NCBI GenBank assembly: GCA_947259215.1 | Contig: CAMYLJ010000012.1 | Location: forward strand, 15,589-79,588 | Reading direction: 5' to 3' | Source: an uncultured delta proteobacterium | GTDB lineage: Bacteria; Myxococcota_A; UBA9160; JAFDET01 | DNA: 64,000 nt | Shown: in pieces, positions 28,567 to 37,531 of the stretch | How positions within the stretch are numbered: position 1 is the first letter of the stretch | Layout of the letters: every line of letters starts with the position of its first letter | Position numbers and translations under genes: made by a program | The notes under the pieces: generated by a model | Told to the model about the DNA's origin: nothing | Seen by the model: only the letters and a program-made list of their open reading frames with translations | The model's database searches: none

Positions 28567-29409
28567 TCAGTTCCTGGGCTTCGACTGGACGAAGAGCACT
28601 TCGTTGAGCGAGCCGGTGCGGTAGCCCTCGAGGTCCAGCGAGACGTAGCGGAAGCCGAGGGGGCGGATCGCCGCCACGAGGCGCGCCGCCATGGCGGGAT
28701 CGAGGGCGCGGGGCAGCTCGTCGGGGGCGATCTCGAGTCGCGCCAGCTCGCCGTGGTGGCGCAGGCGCACCTGACGGAAGCCGAGCGCGCGCAGCGCGTC
28801 CTCGCCCTTCTCCACCTGCTCGAGCCGCTCGGGCGTCACCTCCGTCCCGTACGGAAGCCGCGACGACAAGCAGGCCGATGCCGGCAGCTCCGCCGTCGGG
28901 AGCCCGGCCTCGCGCGAGAGCGCGCGGATCTCCGCCTTGGAGAGCGCCGCGTCGAGGAAGGGCGAGAGCACCGCGTGCTCGTCGGCGGCGCGGTGTCCGG
29001 GTCGGAAGTCGCCGGTGTCGTCGGTGTTCACGCCGTACGCCACGGCGTCGAAGCCGAGCTCGCGGCGCAAGGAGCCCAGCACCGTGAAGAGCTCGTCCTT
29101 GCAGTGGTAGCAGCGGTCCGGGCGGTTGGCGCGGTAGTCCGGGTTCTCCATCTCGCGCGTCTCGACGAAGCGGTGGGGAATCCCGAAGTCGCGCACGATC
29201 TCCTCGGCCATGGCGCGGTGGCTGGCCGGGTAGGAAGGCGAAACCGCCGTCACGGCGAGCACGCCGTCGCCGAGCGCGCGGTGCGCGGCGAGGGCCAGGT
29301 AGCTCGAGTCCACCCCCCCCGAGAAGGCCACCAGCAGACGCCCGGCGCGCCGCAGCGCGTCGCCGAGCTCGCCCGCTTTCTGTTGCAGTTCCGGAGACAT
29401 GGAGGACAC
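28567..29409 (-). CDS. larE: LarE-family ATP-dependent sulfur transferase (PP-loop ATPase)
   Basis: The PP-loop VAFSGGVDSSYLA, then RCYHCK, GVNTDDTGDFRPG, ACLSSRLPYG and VRLRHHGELARLE fit the TIGR00268/LarE pattern. Confidence 0.75.
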   Translation of the reverse strand: MSSMSPELQQKAGELGDALRRAGRLLVAFSGGVDSSYLALAAHRALGDGVLAVTAVSPSYPASHRAMAEEIVRDFGIPHRFVETREMENPDYRANRPDRCYHCKDELFTVLGSLRRELGFDAVAYGVNTDDTGDFRPGHRAADEHAVLSPFLDAALSKAEIRALSREAGLPTAELPASACLSSRLPYGTEVTPERLEQVEKGEDALRALGFRQVRLRHHGELARLEIAPDELPRALDPAMAARLVAAIRPLGFRYVSLDLEGYRTGSLNEVLFVQSKPRN

Positions 29410-29491
29410 GGGGGAAGGGTAGGAGGCCCCCGCGAGCGGTCAAGCGCGGCCGCTGACGGGAGAGTATCCTCCCTCGGCAGGGGGGGAACGC

Positions 29492-30574
29492 ATGCCCAAG
29501 CTGCGCGTCGGGCTGCTCTTCGGCGGGCGCTCCGTCGAGCACGAAGTCTCGGTCGCCTCGGCGGGGTCCATCATGGGAGCCCTCGATCCCTCGCGCTACG
29601 AGGTGCTCCCGATCTGCGTGGAGCAGTCGGGCTCGTGGCGGATCGGCCGTACGGGCATGCTGCCGGAAGAGGTGGCGCGCCCCGAGCGCAGCGACCTCCC
29701 TGCCCTGGCCGGCACCGCCGCCATCCAGCGCATGAACGCGGCTGCCAGCGAAGGCCGGGTGGACGTGATCTTCCCCATCGTGCACGGCACTGGCGGCGAG
29801 GACGGCAGCCTCCAGGGCTTCCTCGAGCTGGCCGGCGTGCCCTACGTGGGCGCGGGGGTCCTCGGCTCCGCCGTCGGCATGGACAAGGAGGTCTCGAAGC
29901 GTCTGCTCCAGCATGCGGGGCTCCCGGTGGTGCCGTCGGTGCTGGTGCGCAGCGCGGAGCTGTCGGATCCCGACGCCGTCGTCCGGGCCGCCTTCGCGGA
30001 GCTGGCGCCTCCGGTCTTCGTGAAGCCCGCGAGCCTGGGCTCGTCGGTGGGCACCAGCAAGGTCAAGACCCCGGAAGAGCTCCTCCCCGCCCTGCGCGAG
30101 GCGGCGCGCTACGACACGAAGATCCTGGTGGAGCGCGCCATCGACGGCCGCGAGATCGAGGTGGCGGTCCTCGGGGGCGACCCGCCCCAGGCCTCCGTGC
30201 CCGGCGAGATCCGGCCGAAGAGCGAGTTCTACGACTACGAGTCGAAGTACGTGGACGAAGCCACGGAGCTGCTGGTGCCGGCGCCCCTCGACGAGGAGCG
30301 CGTCGCGGAGGTGCGGGCGCTGGCGCTGCGCGCCTTCACGCTGCTCGAGGGCGCGGGCATGGCGCGGGTGGACTTCTTCCTGGAGCGCGGCGCCGAACGC
30401 TTCTACGTGAACGAGCTGAACACGCTCCCCGGCTTCACGGAGGGCTCCATGTACCCGAAGCTCTGGGAGTACTCGGGCCTCCCGTACCCGGCCCTCCTCG
30501 ACCGCCTGATCGAGCTGGCCCTCGACCGCCACCGCCAGCGCGAAACCCTCGAAACCACCTACCGCCGCGGCTAG
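29492..30574 (+). CDS. ddl: D-alanine--D-alanine ligase
   Basis: VGLLFGGRSVEHEVS, HGTGGEDGSLQGFLE, FVKPASLGSSVG and ELNTLPGFT. Confidence 0.9.
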   Translation: MPKLRVGLLFGGRSVEHEVSVASAGSIMGALDPSRYEVLPICVEQSGSWRIGRTGMLPEEVARPERSDLPALAGTAAIQRMNAAASEGRVDVIFPIVHGTGGEDGSLQGFLELAGVPYVGAGVLGSAVGMDKEVSKRLLQHAGLPVVPSVLVRSAELSDPDAVVRAAFAELAPPVFVKPASLGSSVGTSKVKTPEELLPALREAARYDTKILVERAIDGREIEVAVLGGDPPQASVPGEIRPKSEFYDYESKYVDEATELLVPAPLDEERVAEVRALALRAFTLLEGAGMARVDFFLERGAERFYVNELNTLPGFTEGSMYPKLWEYSGLPYPALLDRLIELALDRHRQRETLETTYRRG

Positions 30575-30646
30575 CTGACGGAGCCCAAAGGGCTCCGTTT
30601 GCGGCGCAAGCCGACTCAAGACTTCGTCTTGGGTCGGCCTGGCTAG
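30572..30646 (+). repeat. 75-nt two-hairpin intergenic element, copy 2
   Basis: TAGCTGACGGAGCCCAAAGGGCTCCGTTTGCGGCGCAAGCCGACTCAAGACTTCGTCTTGGGTCGGCCTGGCTAG. It starts at the ddl TAG stop. It differs from copy 1 by 3 substitutions and 1 indel. Confidence 0.9.
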
Positions 30647-30668
30647 GGGCGCGCGGTAGAATGCCGCC

Positions 30669-31082
30669 ATGAGCGCCATCGGGATCCGGGGCATCGACCA
30701 TGTGGTGCTTCGGGTGGTGGATCTGGAGCGAGCGCTGGGGTTCTACCGCGATGCGCTCGGCTGCTCGCTGGAGCGGCGGATCGACGAGCTGGGGCTCGTG
30801 CAGCTTCGTGCCGGGGCCGGGCTGATCGACCTGGTGCCGGTGGATTCGCCGCTCGGTAAGGCAGGAGGGGGCGCGCCCGCGCCCGACGGGCGCAACCTGG
30901 ACCACGTGGCGCTGCGCTTGGAGACGTTCGACGAGCCGGCCCTGCGCGAGCACCTGGAGAAGCACGGCATCGCGCCCGGCGACGTCGCCACGCGCTACGG
31001 TGCCGAGGGCAACGGACCTTCGATGTACGTGAAGGACCCGGACGGCAACACCGTCGAGCTGAAGGGACCTCCGGACGCATGA
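30669..31082 (+). CDS. VOC (glyoxalase/bleomycin resistance/dioxygenase) family protein
   Basis: IDHVVLRVVDLERALGFY and DHVALR...GPSMYVKDPDGNTVEL. Confidence 0.8.
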   Translation: MSAIGIRGIDHVVLRVVDLERALGFYRDALGCSLERRIDELGLVQLRAGAGLIDLVPVDSPLGKAGGGAPAPDGRNLDHVALRLETFDEPALREHLEKHGIAPGDVATRYGAEGNGPSMYVKDPDGNTVELKGPPDA

Positions 31083-31927
31083 ACCGCTGGCTGCGCAACG
31101 GGCTGCTGGTAGTGGCCGGAATCGCCGGAACGCTCGTCGTCGGTGGCTACGGCCGCGTCTACCAGGGCTGGTTCGTGGACGCGCGGGAGCCCGAGGCGAT
31201 CTCGGCGCTGCTCCGCCCTCACGACGAGGTCCTGCGCCCGGACGGCGCGGGGCCGTTTCCCGCCGCCCTCCTCTTCCACGGCTGCGGCGGCATCCGGAGC
31301 TTCACCCACGACTGGGCCGCGCGGCTGCGCGACCAGGGCTTCCTCAGCGTGATCGTGGACAGCTACGCCGGCCGCAACCTCGCCTGGGAGGACGTCTGCA
31401 GCGGCCGGGCGCTGCTCGGTGCCGAGCGCGCCGGCGACGTGCTGGTGAGCCTGGACGACGTGCGCCTGCGGCCGGACGTGGACCCGGATCGGATCGTGCT
31501 GATCGGCTGGTCCCACGGCTCCTGGGCCGTGATGGATCTCCTGGCCCTCGACCCGCCGCAGAACCTGCCCTGGAACCTGTCGCGCGCCCCCGCCGACGGG
31601 CTCGCCGGCGTGTCCGCCACGGTCCTCTTCTATCCCTACTGCGGCGTCGCAGCGCACTCGCCGGGAGACTGGTCGAGCGACGCGCGCAGCCTGATCCTGC
31701 TCGCGGACCGGGACAGCATCGCGCCCGCGGAGGACTGCCGCGCGGTGGCGGAGGCGCTGCGCGAGCAGGGGCGACCGGTCGACCTCCACAGCTACGACGT
31801 CGAGCACGGCTTCGACGCGCCGGACTACTCCACGGGCCCCAACGAGCACTACGACAGCGAGGCCACGGCGGACGCGCGCGCGCGGGTGGCGGCCTTCCTG
31901 GCGCCCCTGGTGGACGCGACGCCCTAG
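31079..31927 (+). CDS. dienelactone hydrolase family alpha/beta hydrolase (membrane-anchored or secreted)
   Basis: N-terminal TM segment. FPAALLFHGCGG, the nucleophile-elbow-like LIGWSHGSW and a C-terminal HGF. ATGA overlap with the VOC gene. Confidence 0.65.
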   Translation: MNRWLRNGLLVVAGIAGTLVVGGYGRVYQGWFVDAREPEAISALLRPHDEVLRPDGAGPFPAALLFHGCGGIRSFTHDWAARLRDQGFLSVIVDSYAGRNLAWEDVCSGRALLGAERAGDVLVSLDDVRLRPDVDPDRIVLIGWSHGSWAVMDLLALDPPQNLPWNLSRAPADGLAGVSATVLFYPYCGVAAHSPGDWSSDARSLILLADRDSIAPAEDCRAVAEALREQGRPVDLHSYDVEHGFDAPDYSTGPNEHYDSEATADARARVAAFLAPLVDATP

Positions 31928-34113
31928 ACGAGCTCCAGGTTCGCGAAGCGCAGCAGCACCGTCTTCACGCCCACGCGATCGAAGCGGATGCGGAGCTTCT
32001 GGCCGGGCCCGGCGCCACTCACCTGCATCACTTCGCCCTCGCCGAAGATGGGATGGCGCACGCGCAGGCCCGCCTGGATGCCCGCCGCCTCGCCGCCCTC
32101 GTACTGCCCGTACGAGTAGTCCACGGTGTAGTCGCCCCCACCGCCACGGCGCGCCGACGGACCGCCCCCCGGCAGCGTGCCTTCCAGCAGATCCTCCGGG
32201 ATCTCCGACAGGAAGCGCGAGGGCGCCTGGTAGCTGCGCGAGCCGTAGCGGCGCCGCTCCTCGGCGGTGGTCAGCACCAGCCGCTCCATGGCGCGGGTCA
32301 TGCCCACGTAGCAGAGCCGGCGCTCCTCCTCGATGCCGGACTCGTCGCGGGCGGACGCCGCGTGCGGGAAGATCCCCTCCTCCAGGCCGACGAGGAAGAC
32401 GACTGGAAACTCGAGGCCCTTGGCCGAGTGGGCGGTCATGAGCGAGATCCGGTCCTGGCGGTCGTCCCACTGGTCCAGGTCGGCGACGAGGGCCACCTCC
32501 TCCAGGAAGAGCTCCAGAGGCGAGCGCTCGTCACCGTCCAGTCCGGCATTGGCAGCCGCGAAGTCGTCGGCACCGGTCAGGAGCTCGCGCAGGTTCTCGA
32601 GCCGCCCCTCGGCCTCGATGGTCCCCTGGCCCTCCAGGTGGCGCAGGTAGCCGCTGCGGTCGAGCGCGCGGGCGATGGCCTCGCCCGGGCCGAGCTGCGG
32701 CAGCTCGCTCGCCAGCTCGTCGGCCAGCGCCAGGAACGCCGCCACCTTGGCACCCGACCGGCCACCCTGGGCGGCGAACTCGCGCAAGCCCTCCAGCAGC
32801 GGCACGGCCCGTGCCTCGGCCAGGACCGCGGCCTTCTCGACGCTGGCCTTGCCGATCCCGCGCGGCGGGTTGTTCACGATGCGGCGCAGGGCCACCGAGT
32901 CCGCGGGGTTCGTCGCCAGCCTCAGATACGCCAGCGCGTCCTTCACCTCCGCCCGCGCGTAGAAGCGCACCCCCCCGACGACGGCGTAGGGCACGTCGTA
33001 CTTGAGGAGCTCCTCCTCGAAGGGCCGCGACTGGGCGTTGGTGCGGTAGAAGATCGCGAAGTCCCGGTAGGGCCGGCCGCTCTCCCGCACCGCCTCGATC
33101 ACCTCGCGCACCACGAACTGCGCCTCGTCGCGATCGTCGAGGGCGGTGTAGAGGCGGATCTTGTCGCCTTCCTCGCGATCGGTCCAGAGGCGCTTCTCGT
33201 GGCGCTCCAGGTTGTTCGACACCACCGCGGTGGCGCCTGCGAGGATGGGCTGGGTGGAGCGGTAGTTGCGCTCGAGCTTCACGACCCGGGTGTCGGGAAA
33301 GTCGCGCTCGAACTCGAGGATGTTGCGGATGTCGGCGCCGCGCCAGCCGTAGATCGACTGGTCGCCGTCACCCACGGCACACAGGTTCCGATGCCCTCCG
33401 GCCAGCTGCCGGACGAGCTGGTACTGCACCCGGTTCGTGTCCTGGTACTCGTCCACCAGCACGTACTGCCAGCGCCGCCGGTAGTGCTCCAGCACCTCCG
33501 GGAAGCGTTCGAAGAGCACCGTCGTCTGGAGCAGCAGGTCACCGAAGTCGAGCGCCTGGTTCTCCGCCAGGATGCGCTGGTAGCCGGCGTAGACCTCCGC
33601 CGTCACCTCGGCATCGAGGTCCAGCGCCGCCTCCACCGCGCTCGCCGGCAGCATCCCGGCGTTCTTGTACTGGTCGATCCGCCAGCGCAGGCGCCGCGGG
33701 TCGTGGGTCTTCGGGTCGAGGTTCAGGCGCCGCAGCGCCTCCTTGATGGCCTGGAGCGTGTCGTCGTCGTCGTAGATCGCGAAGCCGCGGGAGAGATTCA
33801 GGTGCCCGGCCTCGCGCCGCAGGATCCGCACGCAGGCCGAGTGGAAGGTGGAGCACCAGACGTCCCCCGCCTCCGGCCCGAGGAGCTTCTCCACCCGCTC
33901 CCGCATCTCGCCCGCGGCCTTGTTGGTGAAGGTCACCGCGAAGATGCCCTCCGGCGGGATCCCGCAGGCCCCGATCAGGTAGGCGATGCGGTGCACCAGG
34001 ACCCGGGTCTTCCCGCTCCCGGCGCCGGCCAGCACCAGCAGCGGCCCCTCGGTGGCCTCGACGGCCTCCCGCTGCTCGGGGTTCAGGCCCTCGAGGATGG
34101 CTTCGGCGCGCAA
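31924..34113 (-). CDS. uvrD: ATP-dependent DNA helicase, UvrD/PcrA family
   Basis: LNPEQREAV, AGAGSGKT, VDEYQDTN, NYRST and TAHSAKGLEF over 729 aa. Confidence 0.9.
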   Translation of the reverse strand: MRAEAILEGLNPEQREAVEATEGPLLVLAGAGSGKTRVLVHRIAYLIGACGIPPEGIFAVTFTNKAAGEMRERVEKLLGPEAGDVWCSTFHSACVRILRREAGHLNLSRGFAIYDDDDTLQAIKEALRRLNLDPKTHDPRRLRWRIDQYKNAGMLPASAVEAALDLDAEVTAEVYAGYQRILAENQALDFGDLLLQTTVLFERFPEVLEHYRRRWQYVLVDEYQDTNRVQYQLVRQLAGGHRNLCAVGDGDQSIYGWRGADIRNILEFERDFPDTRVVKLERNYRSTQPILAGATAVVSNNLERHEKRLWTDREEGDKIRLYTALDDRDEAQFVVREVIEAVRESGRPYRDFAIFYRTNAQSRPFEEELLKYDVPYAVVGGVRFYARAEVKDALAYLRLATNPADSVALRRIVNNPPRGIGKASVEKAAVLAEARAVPLLEGLREFAAQGGRSGAKVAAFLALADELASELPQLGPGEAIARALDRSGYLRHLEGQGTIEAEGRLENLRELLTGADDFAAANAGLDGDERSPLELFLEEVALVADLDQWDDRQDRISLMTAHSAKGLEFPVVFLVGLEEGIFPHAASARDESGIEEERRLCYVGMTRAMERLVLTTAEERRRYGSRSYQAPSRFLSEIPEDLLEGTLPGGGPSARRGGGGDYTVDYSYGQYEGGEAAGIQAGLRVRHPIFGEGEVMQVSGAGPGQKLRIRFDRVGVKTVLLRFANLELV

Positions 34114-34256
34114 CGGCGTCTCCCGGAGGTTTTCGTGGGGTCAGGGGGAGCGGAATGCTAGCGAAGCTACGGGTCGGAAGAGAGGCGGCCAGGAATGCAG
34201 CGGGAGGCCAGGTCGACTCCGGGCCCGACGGGCGCGCCGGAAAGCCGGGGGACGCG

Positions 34257-35141
34257 TCACACCGGCCGCTCTCCGGCGATCATGTAGCGCCAGAACCGAC
34301 GCGGCTCGCCGACCTGGAAGTTACCGCCCGCCTTGTGCTGCACGGAAGCATTGTCCCACACCAGGACGTCGTGGTCCTGCCAGGCGTGCTCGCAGCCCGG
34401 CGCCTTGGCCTCGGCGTGGTCCTGGAGCTCCTGGAGGAGAGCCCGCCCTTCGGCGATCGGCATTCCCTCCACGTGCGTCGCCCGATCCAGGTCCAGGTAG
34501 ATGGCGCGCGTGCCCGCCACCGGATGCGTCCGCAGCAACGGGTGGGAGACCTCCACGAGCACCTCCGCCGGTCCGCGGGCCGCGCGCCGCGGCGGGAAGG
34601 CGTCCTCGTTGTTGTAGGCGTACACGACCCGCAGCCCCTCGATCCGCTTCCGGGTCGCGGCGTCGAGCGAGGCGTAGGCGGCGCGCATGTCGATGAAGCA
34701 GGTGGGGCCGCCGCCGCTCGGCGGGAGCTGCCGCGCATGCAGCACCGTCGCCATCGCTGGCTCCTCGGTGTACGTATCGTCGCAGTGGAAGGTCTCGAAG
34801 AGCCCGGGGCGTTCGTCGTCCAGGCCGCCGAAGGAGAGGTCGCCCAGCTTCTCGCGGATCTCGTCCGTCATGACGAAGCCGGAGTCGATGATCTGGCGCG
34901 GCTCGCTGTAGCGGAACGTGCTCCCGTCCTTCGCGCGAGCAACGGGATCCTTGATCGGGCCGAAGAGCCACGCCACGGACTGGAGCTCCGCGTCCTCCAG
35001 CGGGCGATCCATCCGCAGGCAGACGACGCCGTGCTCGGCCAGCTCCGCCCGCAGGGCGGCGGCGTGCTCATCCCCGCTGGTGGGCCCTGCACCCAGGACC
35101 TCGGCCACGCCGAAGTCCTCCCGGCTCTCGTGGATCTCCAT
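34257..35141 (-). CDS. TauD/TfdA family Fe(II)/2-oxoglutarate dioxygenase
   Basis: The FHCDDTY (HxD) triad and the distal VLVWDNASVQHKA are the typical TauD-like pattern. Confidence 0.75.
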   Translation of the reverse strand: MEIHESREDFGVAEVLGAGPTSGDEHAAALRAELAEHGVVCLRMDRPLEDAELQSVAWLFGPIKDPVARAKDGSTFRYSEPRQIIDSGFVMTDEIREKLGDLSFGGLDDERPGLFETFHCDDTYTEEPAMATVLHARQLPPSGGGPTCFIDMRAAYASLDAATRKRIEGLRVVYAYNNEDAFPPRRAARGPAEVLVEVSHPLLRTHPVAGTRAIYLDLDRATHVEGMPIAEGRALLQELQDHAEAKAPGCEHAWQDHDVLVWDNASVQHKAGGNFQVGEPRRFWRYMIAGERPV

Positions 35142-35153
35142 CGGGGCGTCAGC

Positions 35154-36020
35154 CTAGCAGCGTCGCCGACCGGAGATCGCCCGGAGCAGCCAGAGGCCCG
35201 TCGCCAGCAGGACGATCGCCGTCGGCTCCGGCACGAACTCCGGCAGACCGCCGCCGTCGCTGAACTGGATCGTCAGGAACGCGAAGACGGGAAGCTGGTT
35301 GCCGAGCGCCTGGATGTAGGTGGGCGTCACCAGGGTGATCCGGCTGGCGGCGGGGTCGACGCTGCCGACCGCGGGCTCGAGGGCGGAGCCGAAGATGGTG
35401 TAGAGCGAGCCCACCGCGGCCGTGGTCCAGGGCGCCCCGTCGAAGAAGAAGCCCGACGGGGTCACGGTGGTCCCCCCGCGCCCGACCAGTTCCGGCTGGA
35501 ACACCAGCGGAAGCACCACGACGTTGGGAACGACCTGGATGTTCAGCGTCCCGGACAATCCCATGGTGCCGCCGAAGCCGCCGCCGGGGACGCAGCCGCC
35601 GGTGGGCACGCCGGTGCAGGGAGCCTCGCCGACCGGCGCGCGGGCCGTGGCGCCGCCGAGGCTGAAGACCCCGGACAGGTTGCGGAGGTTGAACATGCTG
35701 ACCGACGCGATGGCGGTGGTGTTGTCCACGATGACCCCCGTCGCGCTCGGAAGCGACAGCGCCCCCGCCGCCACGCCCAGCTGGCCCGCGCCCGGGTCCA
35801 CGCTCACCGAACCAGACGCCCGCGCGACGAAACCCCGCACGTAATCCCCAAACGGAAGCACCCGAAGGGCGGGAAACGGCGGGACCACGGTCAGCGTCAG
35901 GTCGGCCGGCCGCAGAACGGGTGCCGCCGCGGCCGGGCCGACCCCAGCCAGAGCGGCCAGCAGCAGGAGCCCGCTGAGGGGGCGCGTGCCAAGCCGTCGC
36001 AAGGAACCCTCCGGTGGCAT
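35154..36020 (-). CDS. PEP-CTERM sorting-domain secreted protein
   Basis: The C-terminal VPEPTAIVLLATGLWLLRAISGRRRC is a PEP motif followed by a TM segment and an Arg cluster. The N-terminal signal is LSGLLLLAALAGVGPAAAA. An alternative ATG lies at 36062. Confidence 0.75.
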   Translation of the reverse strand: MPPEGSLRRLGTRPLSGLLLLAALAGVGPAAAAPVLRPADLTLTVVPPFPALRVLPFGDYVRGFVARASGSVSVDPGAGQLGVAAGALSLPSATGVIVDNTTAIASVSMFNLRNLSGVFSLGGATARAPVGEAPCTGVPTGGCVPGGGFGGTMGLSGTLNIQVVPNVVVLPLVFQPELVGRGGTTVTPSGFFFDGAPWTTAAVGSLYTIFGSALEPAVGSVDPAASRITLVTPTYIQALGNQLPVFAFLTIQFSDGGGLPEFVPEPTAIVLLATGLWLLRAISGRRRC

Positions 36021-36091
36021 CCACGGACCGGTAGGTGGCTCCCGGCTACCCGATGTGTCCATCCCGCGGGGCGAATGCCCGGCGTCTCGCT

Positions 36092-36577
36092 TCAGGCCGC
36101 GGGGCCGGATGGCAGCACGGGGAGAAGAGCGAAGTGCCAGAACGGCTGGAAGCTCAGCACGCCGACTCCGAGTCCCCGAACGATGTCGCGCCTGGAGAGC
36201 GCCGAGCGGGCCCGCCAGAGCGTCGCGACCGCAAGCGGCGTGCACAGGACGAGTCCCGTGATCAGACCCGGCGCGATCGTGCCGGTCCACAGGGAGGTCG
36301 GCACACGGCCCAGGCCGTGGAGCAGCAGATGGATCGCGAGGGCGACGACCAGCCACTGCGGCCAGGAGCCCCGCGCGACGAGGAAGCTCACGAGGCTGAG
36401 CAGGATCAGGGAGGGCACGTTCACCGCCCACCAGACCGCGTCCGTGAAGGGCATGCCGAGATACCGGGTCGCGAAGTCGGCGGTCCCGATCCAGAAGCAG
36501 CGCTCGTCGATCAGGTGGGCGAGGTAGACCGCGGGGAAGAGCGCGAGGAAGGCGCTGGAGTAGACCCGCGGCTCCAT
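36092..36577 (-). CDS. small polytopic membrane protein, HXXEE-domain-like
   Basis: 161 aa with 4-5 hydrophobic spans. AHLIDE in the first span resembles the HXXEE motif. Confidence 0.45.
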   Translation of the reverse strand: MEPRVYSSAFLALFPAVYLAHLIDERCFWIGTADFATRYLGMPFTDAVWWAVNVPSLILLSLVSFLVARGSWPQWLVVALAIHLLLHGLGRVPTSLWTGTIAPGLITGLVLCTPLAVATLWRARSALSRRDIVRGLGVGVLSFQPFWHFALLPVLPSGPAA

Positions 36578-36589
36578 CGGCCTCCCGGG

Positions 36590-37378
36590 CTAGCCCCCGC
36601 CCTGGCAGGGGATGATGTGTCCGGCCATGGGGATCGCGACGACTCCCTCGGCCTTCAGGTACGGCTTCAGCCTCTCGCGCGCTCGGGGAAGGAGCGCATC
36701 CACGTCGACCCGGCCCTTGAGCACCCAGCCCTCGATCTCCGTGCGCAGAAAGGCCTCGAGCGAGGCGAACCGTACCGGCACGTCGTAGGTCTGCACCTCG
36801 GGCGAGCCGAAGCCCGTCTCCCGCAGGAGGTCCCGGGCCTGGCTCGGATCCGCCAGCGAGAAAGGCGCGCGGAAGACATCCGCCACGTCGCGGCCGGCGA
36901 ACTCCTCCAGGAGCTCCGCCGTCGCGTCGTACCCCTGACTCGTGCCCCACACCTGGACCACGAGCCGACCGCCCGGGCGCAGGACGCGGCGCATCTCGCC
37001 CAGTGCGGCGACGGGGTCCGGGAAGAACATGAGGCCCGCCTGGCACAGGACGACGTCGAAGCTCGCGTCCGGAAACGACATGCGGCTGGCGTCGCCCTCG
37101 CGCCAATCGACGCTCGGCCGGAGCCCGCGCGCCACCCGGAGCATGCTCGCATTCAGGTCGACGCCGGCGATCTCGACCCGTCCCGCGAGACGCCCGGCGA
37201 CCTCGCGGGCCACGACGCCGGTGCCGCAGGCCACGTCCAGGACACGCTGACCCGGGCGGACCTCCGCCACGTCCGCCATGAGCGTCGCCCAGGGGGCGAA
37301 GAGCGGCGGCACGAAGTGGGCTTCGTAGTACTCGGCCGCGGCGTCGTCCAGGCGCCACTCGCCGGGCTCGCTCGCCAT
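36590..37378 (-). CDS. class I SAM-dependent methyltransferase
   Basis: VLDVACGTGVVA (motif I), DVVLCQAGLMFF and LRPGGRLVV. Confidence 0.8.
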   Translation of the reverse strand: MASEPGEWRLDDAAAEYYEAHFVPPLFAPWATLMADVAEVRPGQRVLDVACGTGVVAREVAGRLAGRVEIAGVDLNASMLRVARGLRPSVDWREGDASRMSFPDASFDVVLCQAGLMFFPDPVAALGEMRRVLRPGGRLVVQVWGTSQGYDATAELLEEFAGRDVADVFRAPFSLADPSQARDLLRETGFGSPEVQTYDVPVRFASLEAFLRTEIEGWVLKGRVDVDALLPRARERLKPYLKAEGVVAIPMAGHIIPCQGGG

Positions 37379-37531
37379 GCGTCTCGCCTCCAGCTGTTGC
37401 GGCCCGGAACGGGCAACCGTCAGCGTACCATGAAGCGGGCCCGGTCAGCTGCAGACGCTTGTCGGTCGGCCATCCGGATCGGATACTGCCGGTCTGGCGG
37501 AGGCAGGACTTCCGCGAACAGGGAGAGGCCC

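Noticed and set aside
29318-29329. C8/G8 homopolymer inside larE (it encodes the SGGVDS PP-loop), and a G8 run at 15271..15278, considered as possible phase-variation tracts
   Set aside because: A single modest-length run in GC-rich DNA that encodes a Gly-Gly motif is expected by composition. One sequence gives no evidence of length variation.
27731-30694. 987-aa minus-strand ORF spanning the C45-like, larE and ddl regions
   Set aside because: Only the last 276 codons (27731..28561) look like protein. The remainder runs antisense to ddl and out of frame with larE, and it is low-complexity.
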